Program-made: the position numbers and the translations under genes | Notes under the pieces: model-generated | Databases searched by the model: none | Seen by the model: the letters and a program-made list of their open reading frames with translations, nothing else | Told to the model about the DNA's origin: nothing | In this document: positions 22,867 through 33,494 of the stretch, one piece after another | Layout of the letters: each line of letters opens with the position of its first letter | Numbering within the stretch: position 1 is the stretch's first letter | Assembly: GCA_043228905.1 (NCBI GenBank) | Contig: JBHGNT010000020.1 | Span: forward strand, 11,780,001-11,844,000 | Origin: Azolla caroliniana | Lineage: Eukaryota > Plantae > Polypodiophyta | Length of the DNA: 64,000 bases | Direction: 5' to 3'

Positions 22867-25800
22867 TTACATGGAATCATGCATCTGCGAATCTTTATCA
22901 TCATCGTCATCATCAGGGGCTGAAACAGCTGCAATAATATCAGAGATATTCATCGGTGCATGCCTTGCAGCATACTGAAAGAGTACCTGGAGTAGTTTTT
23001 GGACCGAAATCATCAACATGATGGAGCAATTCACATATTTTAAGCAGAAAATATTAAGAAACAAAAACAATTTAGGGGAAAAAACTCCAGAAGACCCATG
23101 AGTTTTTTCTTTAGTTTCTTCAAATGATCCAGAAAACTTCAGAGTATTTTGGAGTTGTATTAACGCCATGTAAAAAGATTGAACACACCTTGGATACACT
23201 ATCAGCTCCTGCTCTAAAGCGATTTGCAAGCCCTTTATACTGAATATCAGCGGCTATTGGCCTTCCATTTACATTAGTCAACCCTTGGTCACCAATGGCA
23301 AATTTTAAGAGCATCCCTGGCTTCAAATGCTGACTATTCTGGAAATTTTAACACAGCGACAATCATCACTCTTTATTTTGAGGACAGACATTAAGCCAAA
23401 CTTCATTAAGAATTAAGAAATTTCATTAAGCACCTGTTCAAGGAATTGTTGAGGCATACACCCCAAAGCAACTGGAGGATCATCACAAGTGGCTACTGTT
23501 CCATTTACTTGTAGCTCAAGAACAACCTCAAAGATTAAATGAAAAAAAGAGAGATAATCACTTTACTAAACAAACTTACCTATCTGATTGTGTAAAAAGA
23601 TGAAGGATTTTATACAAATTTTAGTACCTGTTGATAAGCTGGTATATTCCCATTTCTATCCGTGTCAATACAATATCGGCTACAAGTAGAGTCCTTCCAC
23701 ACGAGAGCCAATGGGGTGGTGCCCAGAACATAATGAGCATGCCTAATTCAATATACAAAGTTCATAAATATAGACAGAAAGAGTGAGAGAACCACTACAA
23801 TATTTTATAAAATATCTTGAGTTTCAAGAAAAAGATAATATTCATTATGCAAAATATGGTCATTATGCAATTTGGAAGGTTGCCATAAGACCCACTACAT
23901 ATTAGACCAGGACCCTCGCGTTCAAGAAATGCATATTTTATTCCTTAAAGTGTCAAAATGTTTCATTACATTTAACGAACCATAGTTTGTACGTACTTGT
24001 TTAAGAACAAACAGCCATCCCGCTCAAATGGTACAGGACCACTATACGCAGCTTGCAACCCACCCACATCACATTTATATGCAGGTACAATGCTGAATCC
24101 GTATCGATTGTACGTAGAAGATTTATCTAAAGCATCTATTTCAGCCAGCTTGGATTCTATCCAGAAATGTCTGAATTCATAAGTGCAATCATAAAGAGGA
24201 TATCCACGCCAGCACATCATGTCGATGATGTAGTAGGTGCTATTAGGCTGCATTCATCCAGAAAAAAACACAGAAATAGCTTCTCTTCAGAAAGAGTGGA
24301 TACTACTTTAGAACAAGGGGAAAAACCTCTCAAATTAACAGAGTTTTTTATTTCCATCAATGCCTGTGAGTTTTCACTGATTCCCAAATGCTCTTGACCA
24401 ACCCCTAATACAAGGAAGGGAGATGTATTGACCATATACTCGATAAAAAGAGATCAATTAACTATATGCTGCTCTTTCCCATTAAAATAAAGAAACTCTT
24501 AAACAGGAAGATGCATCCTTACTTTGTGGAATACACAATCCAGGATACAAAATTCATGAGTGTTATTTGATCCCTGACCCCTGACCCCGTTTGGCAATGC
24601 TGAAGGAAAGATATGTAGAACACGGCCATTTCGTGTTCGACTCACTGTTCTGCCACCTGAAGACACCACTATGCACCGATCTCCAGCAGGCCTAGCCAAC
24701 ACATACCTGCATGAATGAAAGCACCCACAGAAAGCTTAGCCAAAAAATTACAGTATATTAAATATTCTTCCTGAGTCACAACTTGACCACCAACTTCCCA
24801 TAAATGCATACGTATCCAGTTCTACATTGCAAACATACACATTAATCATCCATTTACACCTAATCTATGTCAATTATTCACTGCTGTCTTCAATGTATAC
24901 CTTCTGGATGAGAACAGTTTCTTAGTTGAAATGACTAGCAACTACTTGAATTTCTTGCAAAGTGGAAACTCTTCATACTTCCCCCTCCATTTACCTAGTA
25001 AGCTAAAACTGCAGCTCCCCCTTTACTTTTAGGTCTCTCCCCTGTGAGTCTCTTGTTTCACTCTTATCTCTCTTCACAATAAGCTCTTGTTTCACTCCTG
25101 TCTCTATTCACCGCTAAACTCTTGTTTCACTCCGTGTTCTTTAGATGATCAAAAGACTTTGATACCAGTAGTGTCTTATGCCTAACCGCTAGCTCTCTGT
25201 TTTACAGTTAGGCACTCTCTTCATCGAGCTAGCTATCTTCACCACTAGATTCATATTTCACTGCTAGGCAATCTCCAGTCCGAGCTTTCTTCATTGATAG
25301 ACTCTCGTTTCACCGCTTACTCTCTTCATCACCAACAGCACACATTGAACACACAATTTCACTTAACAAAGTGAGTTCTCTACTTTTTCTCACCCCCTCT
25401 ATCCTACAACCTAAACAAAAACCCCATACATGAGACAATAGCACACGTTGAACACACAATTTCACTTAACCAAGTGAGATCTCTATCTTTTCTCACGTTC
25501 TTTAGCATTTGTGTGTTACTATAAAAAAACAAACAAGTTTTGTTAATGCAGAAACATAAGTACTGCAGTTTGGATAATATGGTTGCCACTGTAAGCTTTC
25601 CTGTGGCATCATATTACTGATGTATCATGTCTGTGTAACCTAAACTTCTCCATGACGTAAGCATGTGTTGTGTGTGCAAATGGCATCTTATACATTAACC
25701 TTGCATTTTCAGCATATAATAAAAATCAGGCCTCCTGATTGGAGCATATAGTATATAGCATTGGATTTCCGTGACATTCTACCTTTTGGGCAGTTTAGGT

Positions 25801-27389
25801 AGTTCGACCAATAATGTGTTAAAGCTTTTTTCCATATGGAAGTTTGAAGTTGGCATCCTTGTGCATCATAAACTTCTTTATGTGGAGTGACATGTGGAAA
25901 AAGACCTAATGGATGATACTTGATTGTACAAATTAACCTAACCTTACCATAATCTCACTTTATCTTGTGCCCAAAGCAGAACTTTTCTAGCAGAAGGCAC
26001 AATAGACAAGAAAGCATAGAACAAGTCGACCATAAGGCTTATAATCTCTTTTCAGACCCTGGAACTTCCCTGCATAGCATTATCCGTAAAATAAGGTCTA
26101 ATAAACAAGAAAGGCAATCAAATGAATAAATTATAATGCTTACTAGCCACTTTTGAGAACATAGGAATTTTCTATACAGTATCACCGGTAGGATAGGGTC
26201 TAATAATAGCCCAATGTATAAACATAGTTCTTACCCATCTCTTTTCACACACGGATATCAGAACTTCTCTATATGGTCCTATTTATTATAGGAGTCTAAT
26301 TGCAGTATAACAAATCAAACACAATATACAGCCTTATAGTAATAGTAATCGAATACGTCCTTCCACAGATTTTAGAATTTGTCTACATGGGAATATTCAT
26401 AATCAAAGTACTATTTGAATCATTAAGCGCTCCAACGAATCAAATGTAATCCTTAGATTATATATAACAAACTTATCCAAATATGATCTTTTGCAAACTT
26501 ACACAAATTGTTCCAACGTAAGTAAAAGCCTACTGTAGTTAAACACGACGAGTAGGAACTGTGACTCTTACCAGTCTCTATTGAGGTGTGAGGGCACATC
26601 CACCATCCATTCAGGCAGCATGAACTGCTGTTTGAACCAATCCTGAGCTTTTCTTCCCTTCAGACCTGCAGCCTGAGGAATCCCGGAGATCTCATCTTTC
26701 TCTGGTCCGATCTCTCTTTCTCCTACATCTCCAAATTTAACTGTTGGACCCTTCACCTTCTTCTGTTGTTTCTCTTCCTCTTCCAGTGTTACCTCCTTCT
26801 CTTGTCGAACAAAAACTGTACCAATAAAAAAAACATGTTTTTAATCCTCTTCATTTTCTTGAGTAACCATGGATGCACTGTGAAGCAGAAAATCCTCTGT
26901 TTCCCATTTGTAAAATACCCTACCTGAATCGGGTATCAGATCATCCGTTCCCCGCTTCTGCGATCGTTTCTGAGGAGAAACCATAGCAACATCGCTCTGC
27001 TGCTGCTGCTGCTGAACTTCGACAAATTCAAGCTGCACCTGAGAGTAAGAGGAAGAAGAGAAAGAGAAGCAACGATTCTGTTCTTCTTCTCCTTCTTCTC
27101 CCTCTTCTTGATAGCTGAGAGAGGAATGGCGTTCTTCCTCCTGAGAGAGGAAGAAGGAGACGACACGGCGGGCATGGTGTTGAAGGTCGCGTCTGCCCTG
27201 GCGCTGCCTCTGCAGGGCGAGGTCTCTGCGTTTCTGTTGATCGGAGATGGCGCGTTTGTGGAGGCGGGAGGGGGAGTGGCGATGGTGTGAAGAAGAAGAA
27301 GAAGAAGAAGGCCTGCTGTTGTGTTGGTTAGGGTTGGGAGGAGGGGAAGGAGGAAGGTGAGGCTCTGTCATCGTCATGGCCATGGCCAT
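22867..27389 (-). CDS. SPN1: Snurportin-1 (m3G-cap snRNP import adaptor)
   Basis: Eight exons: 27389-26924, 26815-26572, 24706-24523, 24247-23997, 23742-23628, 23526-23434, 23338-23189, 22986-22867, all GT-AG and in frame. Motifs: IBB-like DQQKRRDLALQRQ, QFMLPEWMVDVP...W, RPAGDRCIVVS, CILDCVFH, YYIIDMMCWRG...EFRHFW, DGCLFLNK, GTTPLALVWKD. Confidence 0.92.
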
Positions 27390-27473
27390 GGGGAGGAGGA
27401 AAGCTCTCCTTCTCTCTGTGGGGGGGAATCAGAATCAGAATCAGAACCTCTGAATCAGAATCTCTGAATCAGA

Positions 27474-28144
27474 AAAGAAGGAAAGGATTAGCAGAAGAAG
27501 AAGAAGAAGAAGAAGAAGAAGAAGCAGGGAAAGGATTAGCAGAAGAAGAAGCAGAAGCAGAAGCAGAAGAAGAAGAAGAAATAGTATAAACCATACGGGC
27601 ATTCGCATTCGCGAATGTTTTAAACCCTTCGAGTATGGTTACTACCATAGTATTCTTTATTTATTATTAAAGGTTAAAAAAAAATTTTAAGGTAAAAAGT
27701 GTAATAAAAAAAAAACAATAAGAATGTTTTTGATAACATACTCATTCGTATGCAAAAAAGAATGTTTTGCCAATGCATTCGAGTATACTATGTACCATAG
27801 TACGTACAATTCGTTCGTGTTCGTCTAGCATAACATTCGTTTTCTTACGTTGGAAAACGAATGCGAATGTTATTCATATTTTTTAAATGTTCTTTTTTGT
27901 TTTTTTTCCCATATTTTTTAGGCTTATTTACCTCATAATAAATAGTTAATCCAAAAGTATGGTATTTTTTTTAACCTTTAATAATAAATAAAGAATACTA
28001 TGGTAGTAACCATACTCGAAGGGTTTAAAACATTCGCGAAGGAGAATGCACGTATGGTTTATACTATTTCTTCTTCTTCTTCTGCTAATCCTTTCCCTGC
28101 TTCTGCTTCTGCTTCTGCTTCTTCTGCTAATCCTTTCCTTCTTT
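27474..28144. repeat. Inverted repeat (~200-bp arms, ~280-bp spacer) covering the snurportin upstream GAA tract and hAT-like motifs
   Basis: 27474-27683 (aaagaaggaaaggattagcagaag...atagtataaaccatacg...aaaggttaaaa) is the reverse complement of about 27964-28144. Confidence 0.9.
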
Positions 28145-29470
28145 GACGGGGTCGAACCGAGCGTTGACGAATTCGCCGAGGCCTTCGCTGGAAGGTCTAT
28201 TTATTCGATCGGTGATCTATACTCGGGGTATGATCAATTCCAACTAGTTGTGGAGAGCAGGGACATCACGACGATGCGGACTCCTATCGGCCTAGTGCGA
28301 ATGTGTACCTTGCCACAAGGAGGCACTAACTCTGTAGCCCACATGGTAAATGCAATGAACAAGGTACTGAGAGATTGCATCCCCGACATCACCATGTCGT
28401 TCCTCGATGACATCCCCATAAAAGGGTGTTATGAAGCGGAGAAAGATGAAACCTTGGACGAGTATGGGTGCAAACGTTTTGTGGCATATCACATCTCCGA
28501 TTGCGAGAAGGTTCTACAAAGACTCGAAGATGCACGCTTGACCTTCTCGGGTGAGAAATCGGCATTCGGCCAACCAGAGATCCTTGTGGTGGGACACTTG
28601 TGCGGGGCGTACGGACGGAAGCCATCCCCAGCAAAGGTGGACGCCATCACAGACATGAGGGAAGAATGTAAATCGCAAACAGAGGTGAGGCGATTTCTTG
28701 GTGCTTGTGCATTCTACCACATCTGGATCCCGCACTATGCTCACCTAGTCGAGCCCTTGTATGGGCTACTTAAGAAGGGGCGGAAGTTCAAGTGGGAGGA
28801 AGAGCACACAGAGGCAATGAAGAGGCTCAAAGGAATGTTGGTAGCGGCACCAGCTTTACGAAAAGCCGTATACAAGGAAGGGGTGCCCATCTACACGACG
28901 GTAGATACGAGTCCAACAGGGATTGGATGGGTCATCAACCAAGAAGGAGAGGATGGTACACGCTATGCCATCCGGTTCGGAGCCAAGGTCTTAAGCGAGC
29001 GACAACAAGGATACGCCCAAGTAAAACGTGAGCTTTGGGGTATTGTGTCCGCAGTGAAGGCGGATAAAGATTACCTAATCGGGTCAGAGGTGGTAATAGA
29101 GACGGATTGCCTTCCAATCCTAGGGATGGTTTCGGGGTGTGCAACACCTGACCTAGCTATGGTAAGATGGATCGCTTACATCAAATCAATGAACCCGGAG
29201 ATTCACCACATTTCAGGGAAGAACAATGTCATGGCAGATATGCTATCGAGGGCAAGGTTCGAAGGCGAAAGTGACATGGTGTCTGAAGATGAGGATGTCG
29301 CTCTTGACTTCTTTAAGACAGCCCAAGCGTCTATAGATGATCAAGATGTGCGAGTACTCCACGCCTTCAACGAAAGTGAATATGAAGGGGAGTGGCTACA
29401 CATTGGCAAGTTCTTAAGCTCAATGACAATGGATAGTTCATGGTCGAAGCAGGAAGCACAAAGAGTCTGA
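28046..29470 (+). CDS. Chimeric ORF: Leu-rich N-terminus from the inverted repeat fused to gypsy RT/RNase H
   Basis: 474-aa ORF. The first ~33 codons come from the CTT/CTG microsatellite arm and the rest is gypsy pol. Expression unknown. Confidence 0.45.
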   Translation: MHVWFILFLLLLLLILSLLLLLLLLLLLILSFFDGVEPSVDEFAEAFAGRSIYSIGDLYSGYDQFQLVVESRDITTMRTPIGLVRMCTLPQGGTNSVAHMVNAMNKVLRDCIPDITMSFLDDIPIKGCYEAEKDETLDEYGCKRFVAYHISDCEKVLQRLEDARLTFSGEKSAFGQPEILVVGHLCGAYGRKPSPAKVDAITDMREECKSQTEVRRFLGACAFYHIWIPHYAHLVEPLYGLLKKGRKFKWEEEHTEAMKRLKGMLVAAPALRKAVYKEGVPIYTTVDTSPTGIGWVINQEGEDGTRYAIRFGAKVLSERQQGYAQVKRELWGIVSAVKADKDYLIGSEVVIETDCLPILGMVSGCATPDLAMVRWIAYIKSMNPEIHHISGKNNVMADMLSRARFEGESDMVSEDEDVALDFFKTAQASIDDQDVRVLHAFNESEYEGEWLHIGKFLSSMTMDSSWSKQEAQRV

Positions 29471-31983
29471 AAGAAAGCGTACAAGTACTTCCTACGAGGG
29501 GGATTCCTTTGGAGGCACCCGAAGAGAAGGACGGGGACGCCACAACGAGTGTTCATAAAGGAAGAGGACCAGACAACATTGGTGTCTGAATTCCACGAGA
29601 GTCCTTGGGCGGGCCATAGAGGAACGTGGGCAACATTCGAGAAGTTAAAGGAGAAGTATTGGTGGCCGGGAATGTACAAGGATGTTGCCCATTTCATGGG
29701 GACGTGTGAAAGCTGTCAGATACACTCCAACATACGCCATAGGGACGAGTTGCACCCGACCTACCCACTCACCATACACTTCAAATGGATGGTGGATTTG
29801 GTTTCGATGCCAATGGGAGTGGGCCAAATGAAATATTTGGTGCTAGCAAGAGAAGACCTAACAAACCAAGTAGAAGGGCGGGCCTTAGCAAACAAAACGA
29901 CGGCGGGGGTGTGTAAATTCTTACTCGAGGATGTCATCTGCCGGTACGGATGTGTGGGAAAGATAGTGGCCGATAGAGGAGAGTTGAATGCTCACGAAGC
30001 TACAGAGCTCTTTGACCGACTTGGAGTGAAGCTCTCTCTCACGACCGCTTATAACCCGGAGACTAATGGAAAGATAGAACGCGGACACGGGCCTATCGTA
30101 AAAGCCATTGTACGAGCTATAATGCTACCTACCACCTCGCTGAACTCGATGGGACTAAGCTGGTAGTACCAATAGCCGGGAAGCGGGTCAAAATCTTCAA
30201 AAAGCGACACGACAAGGAGCCAAACCTCGATGACCTTGACGAAGACAAAGGCGAGCAAACAACAAGCCATGGGGTCAATGAGGAGGAGGAAATGAACTAC
30301 TGACCACCCTCAGCCCGCCATTCTTGGCACATACCGGAGGATGTGCAGTTTGGTGGGGGTGGATGTCGTGATGTGGCATGCTCGAGGGTGGGAAAAACCG
30401 GCGAAAAGGGGGTAAAAAATGTGCATGTGCAATGTGTGTGCACACAAAAGCGATTAATTGTGCATATGCAAAATAAAAAGGAAAAGAAAGGGTAAAAGGG
30501 AGGTATAGAAGCTCGTGCAAAAAGTAAGAGAGAGGTGAGATAAAGGGTAGAGGGGAGATAGGCTATAAATTTATAGAGATAGAATTATATATTATATAAG
30601 AAAGAGTTAGTGGGTTAGTGGATAGTCACATTGACTATTACTTAGAGGTGCGTGGTTTGAATTTAGTCTTACAATGCAGCGTGATTTAAGGAATTTTATT
30701 CCTTTTTCATTGAAGACAAATTTGGCGACCCCCCCCCTTCTTTTTTTCCTATAAAAGGAGGTCGAGGGGGGCTCATTTGGAAGGACGTTTTGGGAAGAGG
30801 AGACTATCGCCAATTTTCCTTCGAAGCTCTTCATCTCCTTATTCACCACTTTTCTTCATCTCATACCCCTTCATCCCCCCATCGCCACGTGCTTGTGAGC
30901 CCAAGCTTCGTTGGTTCGACGTTGCTCCGCCCCGTTCGTCGTTGCGAGCCCGTGTGCTTGCCGTTCGGGTGGTCGTGGTTCGTTGGGATTGGCATTTTGG
31001 TGGTGCTCGTGTGTTCGTCTTCGCCGTGTTCGGTTTTGCCTTGTCTCTAAGGGCATTTAATATTTATGTTTTGATTGAGCTTGTGGTTAACTATAAGTTG
31101 CCATTGTAAACAAAACCCTATTTTATAAAGGGTCCTCTTGCATAAGAATTGAACACGTATTTAACTCTTTGGTCAATATCGTTCGTGTTTCTTTCTCTCC
31201 TTCTTTCTTTATTCGTGTCTTTCTTGTACGTTCGGTCGTCTTGTGACGAGGGGACCGTTCGGGCTTGCCCATGCACCTCTCCTCCTCATAAAGGCGTACG
31301 AGCATTTGTATGTGTGTTTGTGTCTTCCTTGTACGTTCGGTCGTCTTGTGACGAGGGGACCGTTCGGGCTTGCCCATGCACCTCTCCTCCTCATAAAGGC
31401 GTACGTGCATTTTGTGCGTGTGTTTGTGTCTTCCTTGTACGTTCGACCATCTTGTGATGAGGGGACCGTTCAGGCTTGCCCATGCACCTCTCCTCCTCAT
31501 AAAGGCGTACGAGCATTTGTGCGTGTGTTTGTGTCTTCCTTGTACGTTCGGCCGTCTTGTGACGAGCCTCCTCATAAAGGCATACGAGCATTTGTGTGTG
31601 TGTTTTGTGTCTTCCTTGTACGTTCGACGTCTTGTGACGAGGGAGCGTTCAGGCGCGCCCATGCACCTCTCCTCCTCATAAAGTCGTACGGACATTCATG
31701 TTTGTGTTATCGTTCCCTTGTGCGTTCATGTTGCGTGCTCATCTTGCTTGTACTCGTTTGGTCACTTGGCTCGTACGGTGATCTCGGAAGGTCGACAAGT
31801 CGTGATCAACGAGAGCCACCGGCCTCACAAAACAAAAGGGGAACGAGACCTTGCTCGGGAAGGGGTGGGGAAGTAGTATTTTCATAAAGCAAACCTCGGG
31901 TCTTCTCTATCCCTTGAGTACTCCCTAGTCTGAGACCCCCGTGGTCCCGCCCAAGTAACACACGCGCGCGAAACTTTGCGACA
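28145..31983 (+). mobile_element. 5'-truncated Ty3/gypsy element: RT-RNaseH-integrase plus 3' LTR
   Basis: RT (LPQGGTNS, FLDD), RNase H (VDTS, ETDC, ADMLSR), integrase (HxxxxxxH...CxxC, DRGE, NGKIER) with an internal deletion near 30118. PPT ending 30363. LTR 30364-31983 (TGTCG...CGACA). Confidence 0.92.
31215..31700. repeat. ~105-bp tandem repeat (about 5 copies) inside the gypsy LTR
   Basis: gtgtcttccttgtacgttcg...cccatgcacctctcctcctcataaaggcgtacg recurs at 105-106 bp spacing, with one shortened copy. Confidence 0.9.
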
Positions 31984-32674
31984 ACGTTCCGTTATGTTCT
32001 AAATTCTCCACGCGCGGTCTTTGCGGTTTTTTGAACATGTTTTGGTTCTTCGTGGATGGATGGATCGCAAAGCCCGCCCCTGCTTCACTTCCGGACAAAA
32101 CCTTCTCGTGGGAAATTTCGTCACTTCCTCCTCTCTCACTTTCATCAAACCTCTAAGCCTCCCTCTCTTTTGCAAGGTTATTATCTACTTCACATCCAAG
32201 CACCTTTTCGGTTTAGATGAGCGTTTTTCTGTACTTTAAGCCACTAAAGCCTCTTTTTGGCTTGAAGCCCACTTCCATTTCTAAGTTTGCAAATATTGCC
32301 ATTTTTGATGATTCGACCAACCAATTTAGGCCTTCTAATGATGGTTCTATATATCATGCTGACAATTCTTGCAGATTTAAGGGGAACACTTTGAAGATGA
32401 TTTGATGGATCCCCTCAACAACCATCACTATAATGGTCATGTTAAGCTCAAGATGTTTTTTGTCACTATAATAATTATGTTTGCCCTCCACACATTGGTA
32501 CAATCATCTAACAATGTTCATATCTAATGTTTTTTGTCATTTAACAAATGGATTAAGCCTCCTACCACAATACATCATATTATTCATCAATACAACATTA
32601 TTTGTCACTGCTACCAAGAATAGTAGAGCTATGTTTGATTAACTAAATTTTTGAACACTTGAGGCTCAAGTTAA

Positions 32675-32878
32675 AAACACTTTTAATGATTTAATGTTTC
32701 ATCAAAAGCCTAGGAAGGATGATTTAATGTTTCATCAAGCTAAGAACATTTTAATGATTTAATGTTTCATCAGAAGCCTAGGAACGATGATGTAATATTT
32801 CATCAAGCTAAAAACACTTTAATGATTTAATGTTTCATCATAAGCCTAGGAAAGACAATTTAATGTTTCATCAGAAGG
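32675..32878. repeat. AT-rich tandem repeat (~69-bp unit made of atttaatgtttcatca subunits)
   Basis: ttttaatgatttaatgtttcatca..agcctagga.. occurs three times. Confidence 0.8.
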
Positions 32879-33494
32879 CACTAAAAATGTTTTCACTATT
32901 AACATGCATGTTCCCAATATTATATCAAATATAACACAATTAACATGATCAATAAAAAGATGTAGTACTACAAACAAAGAACATGCTGATCATCTTCATA
33001 TGAATTAGTAACAATAACAATAATCATAATAATAACTTGGATATAATATATTAATCATACTCATATAATCTATCCTTCTCGGGTGAGACTTCGAAAATGT
33101 TTAATCGAGTCTTCCTACATATTAAGAAGAGAATCCACTCTAGGGCTACTTTCTTCTCTCCCATAAAAGAGGAATTCAAATTTCAACCTAAATATAATAA
33201 TAGAGAAATAGGAGGAGGAATCATATCTCTCTCTCTCTCAGAAAATTGCCATTTCTTACTGGCTTAAATTTTCATCAATTGGTTCTTCCGACACTAGCAC
33301 AACTGGGGGGAAAACCCACACACTAATACTTCCTTTTTCAATCAACAATAACAGAAAAAGGAAGTTGGGTAGGCTAGCTAGCACAACTATATTAATGATG
33401 CTAAAAGCCCCAATTGGCTATTGGCTATATATATAAGCATATAGCAGATCGGATGCGCTTGAATTGAAAATGATATTGGATTCAATCCACTTTT

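Noticed and set aside
18055-27389. Functional cluster of small-RNA machinery genes (RPC9 and SPN1) with the tRNA-like LTRs
   Set aside because: Adjacency alone is not evidence in a eukaryotic genome, and no shared regulatory signal was seen.
31123-31887. Long ORFs in the gypsy LTR
   Set aside because: By-products of the 105-bp tandem repeat.
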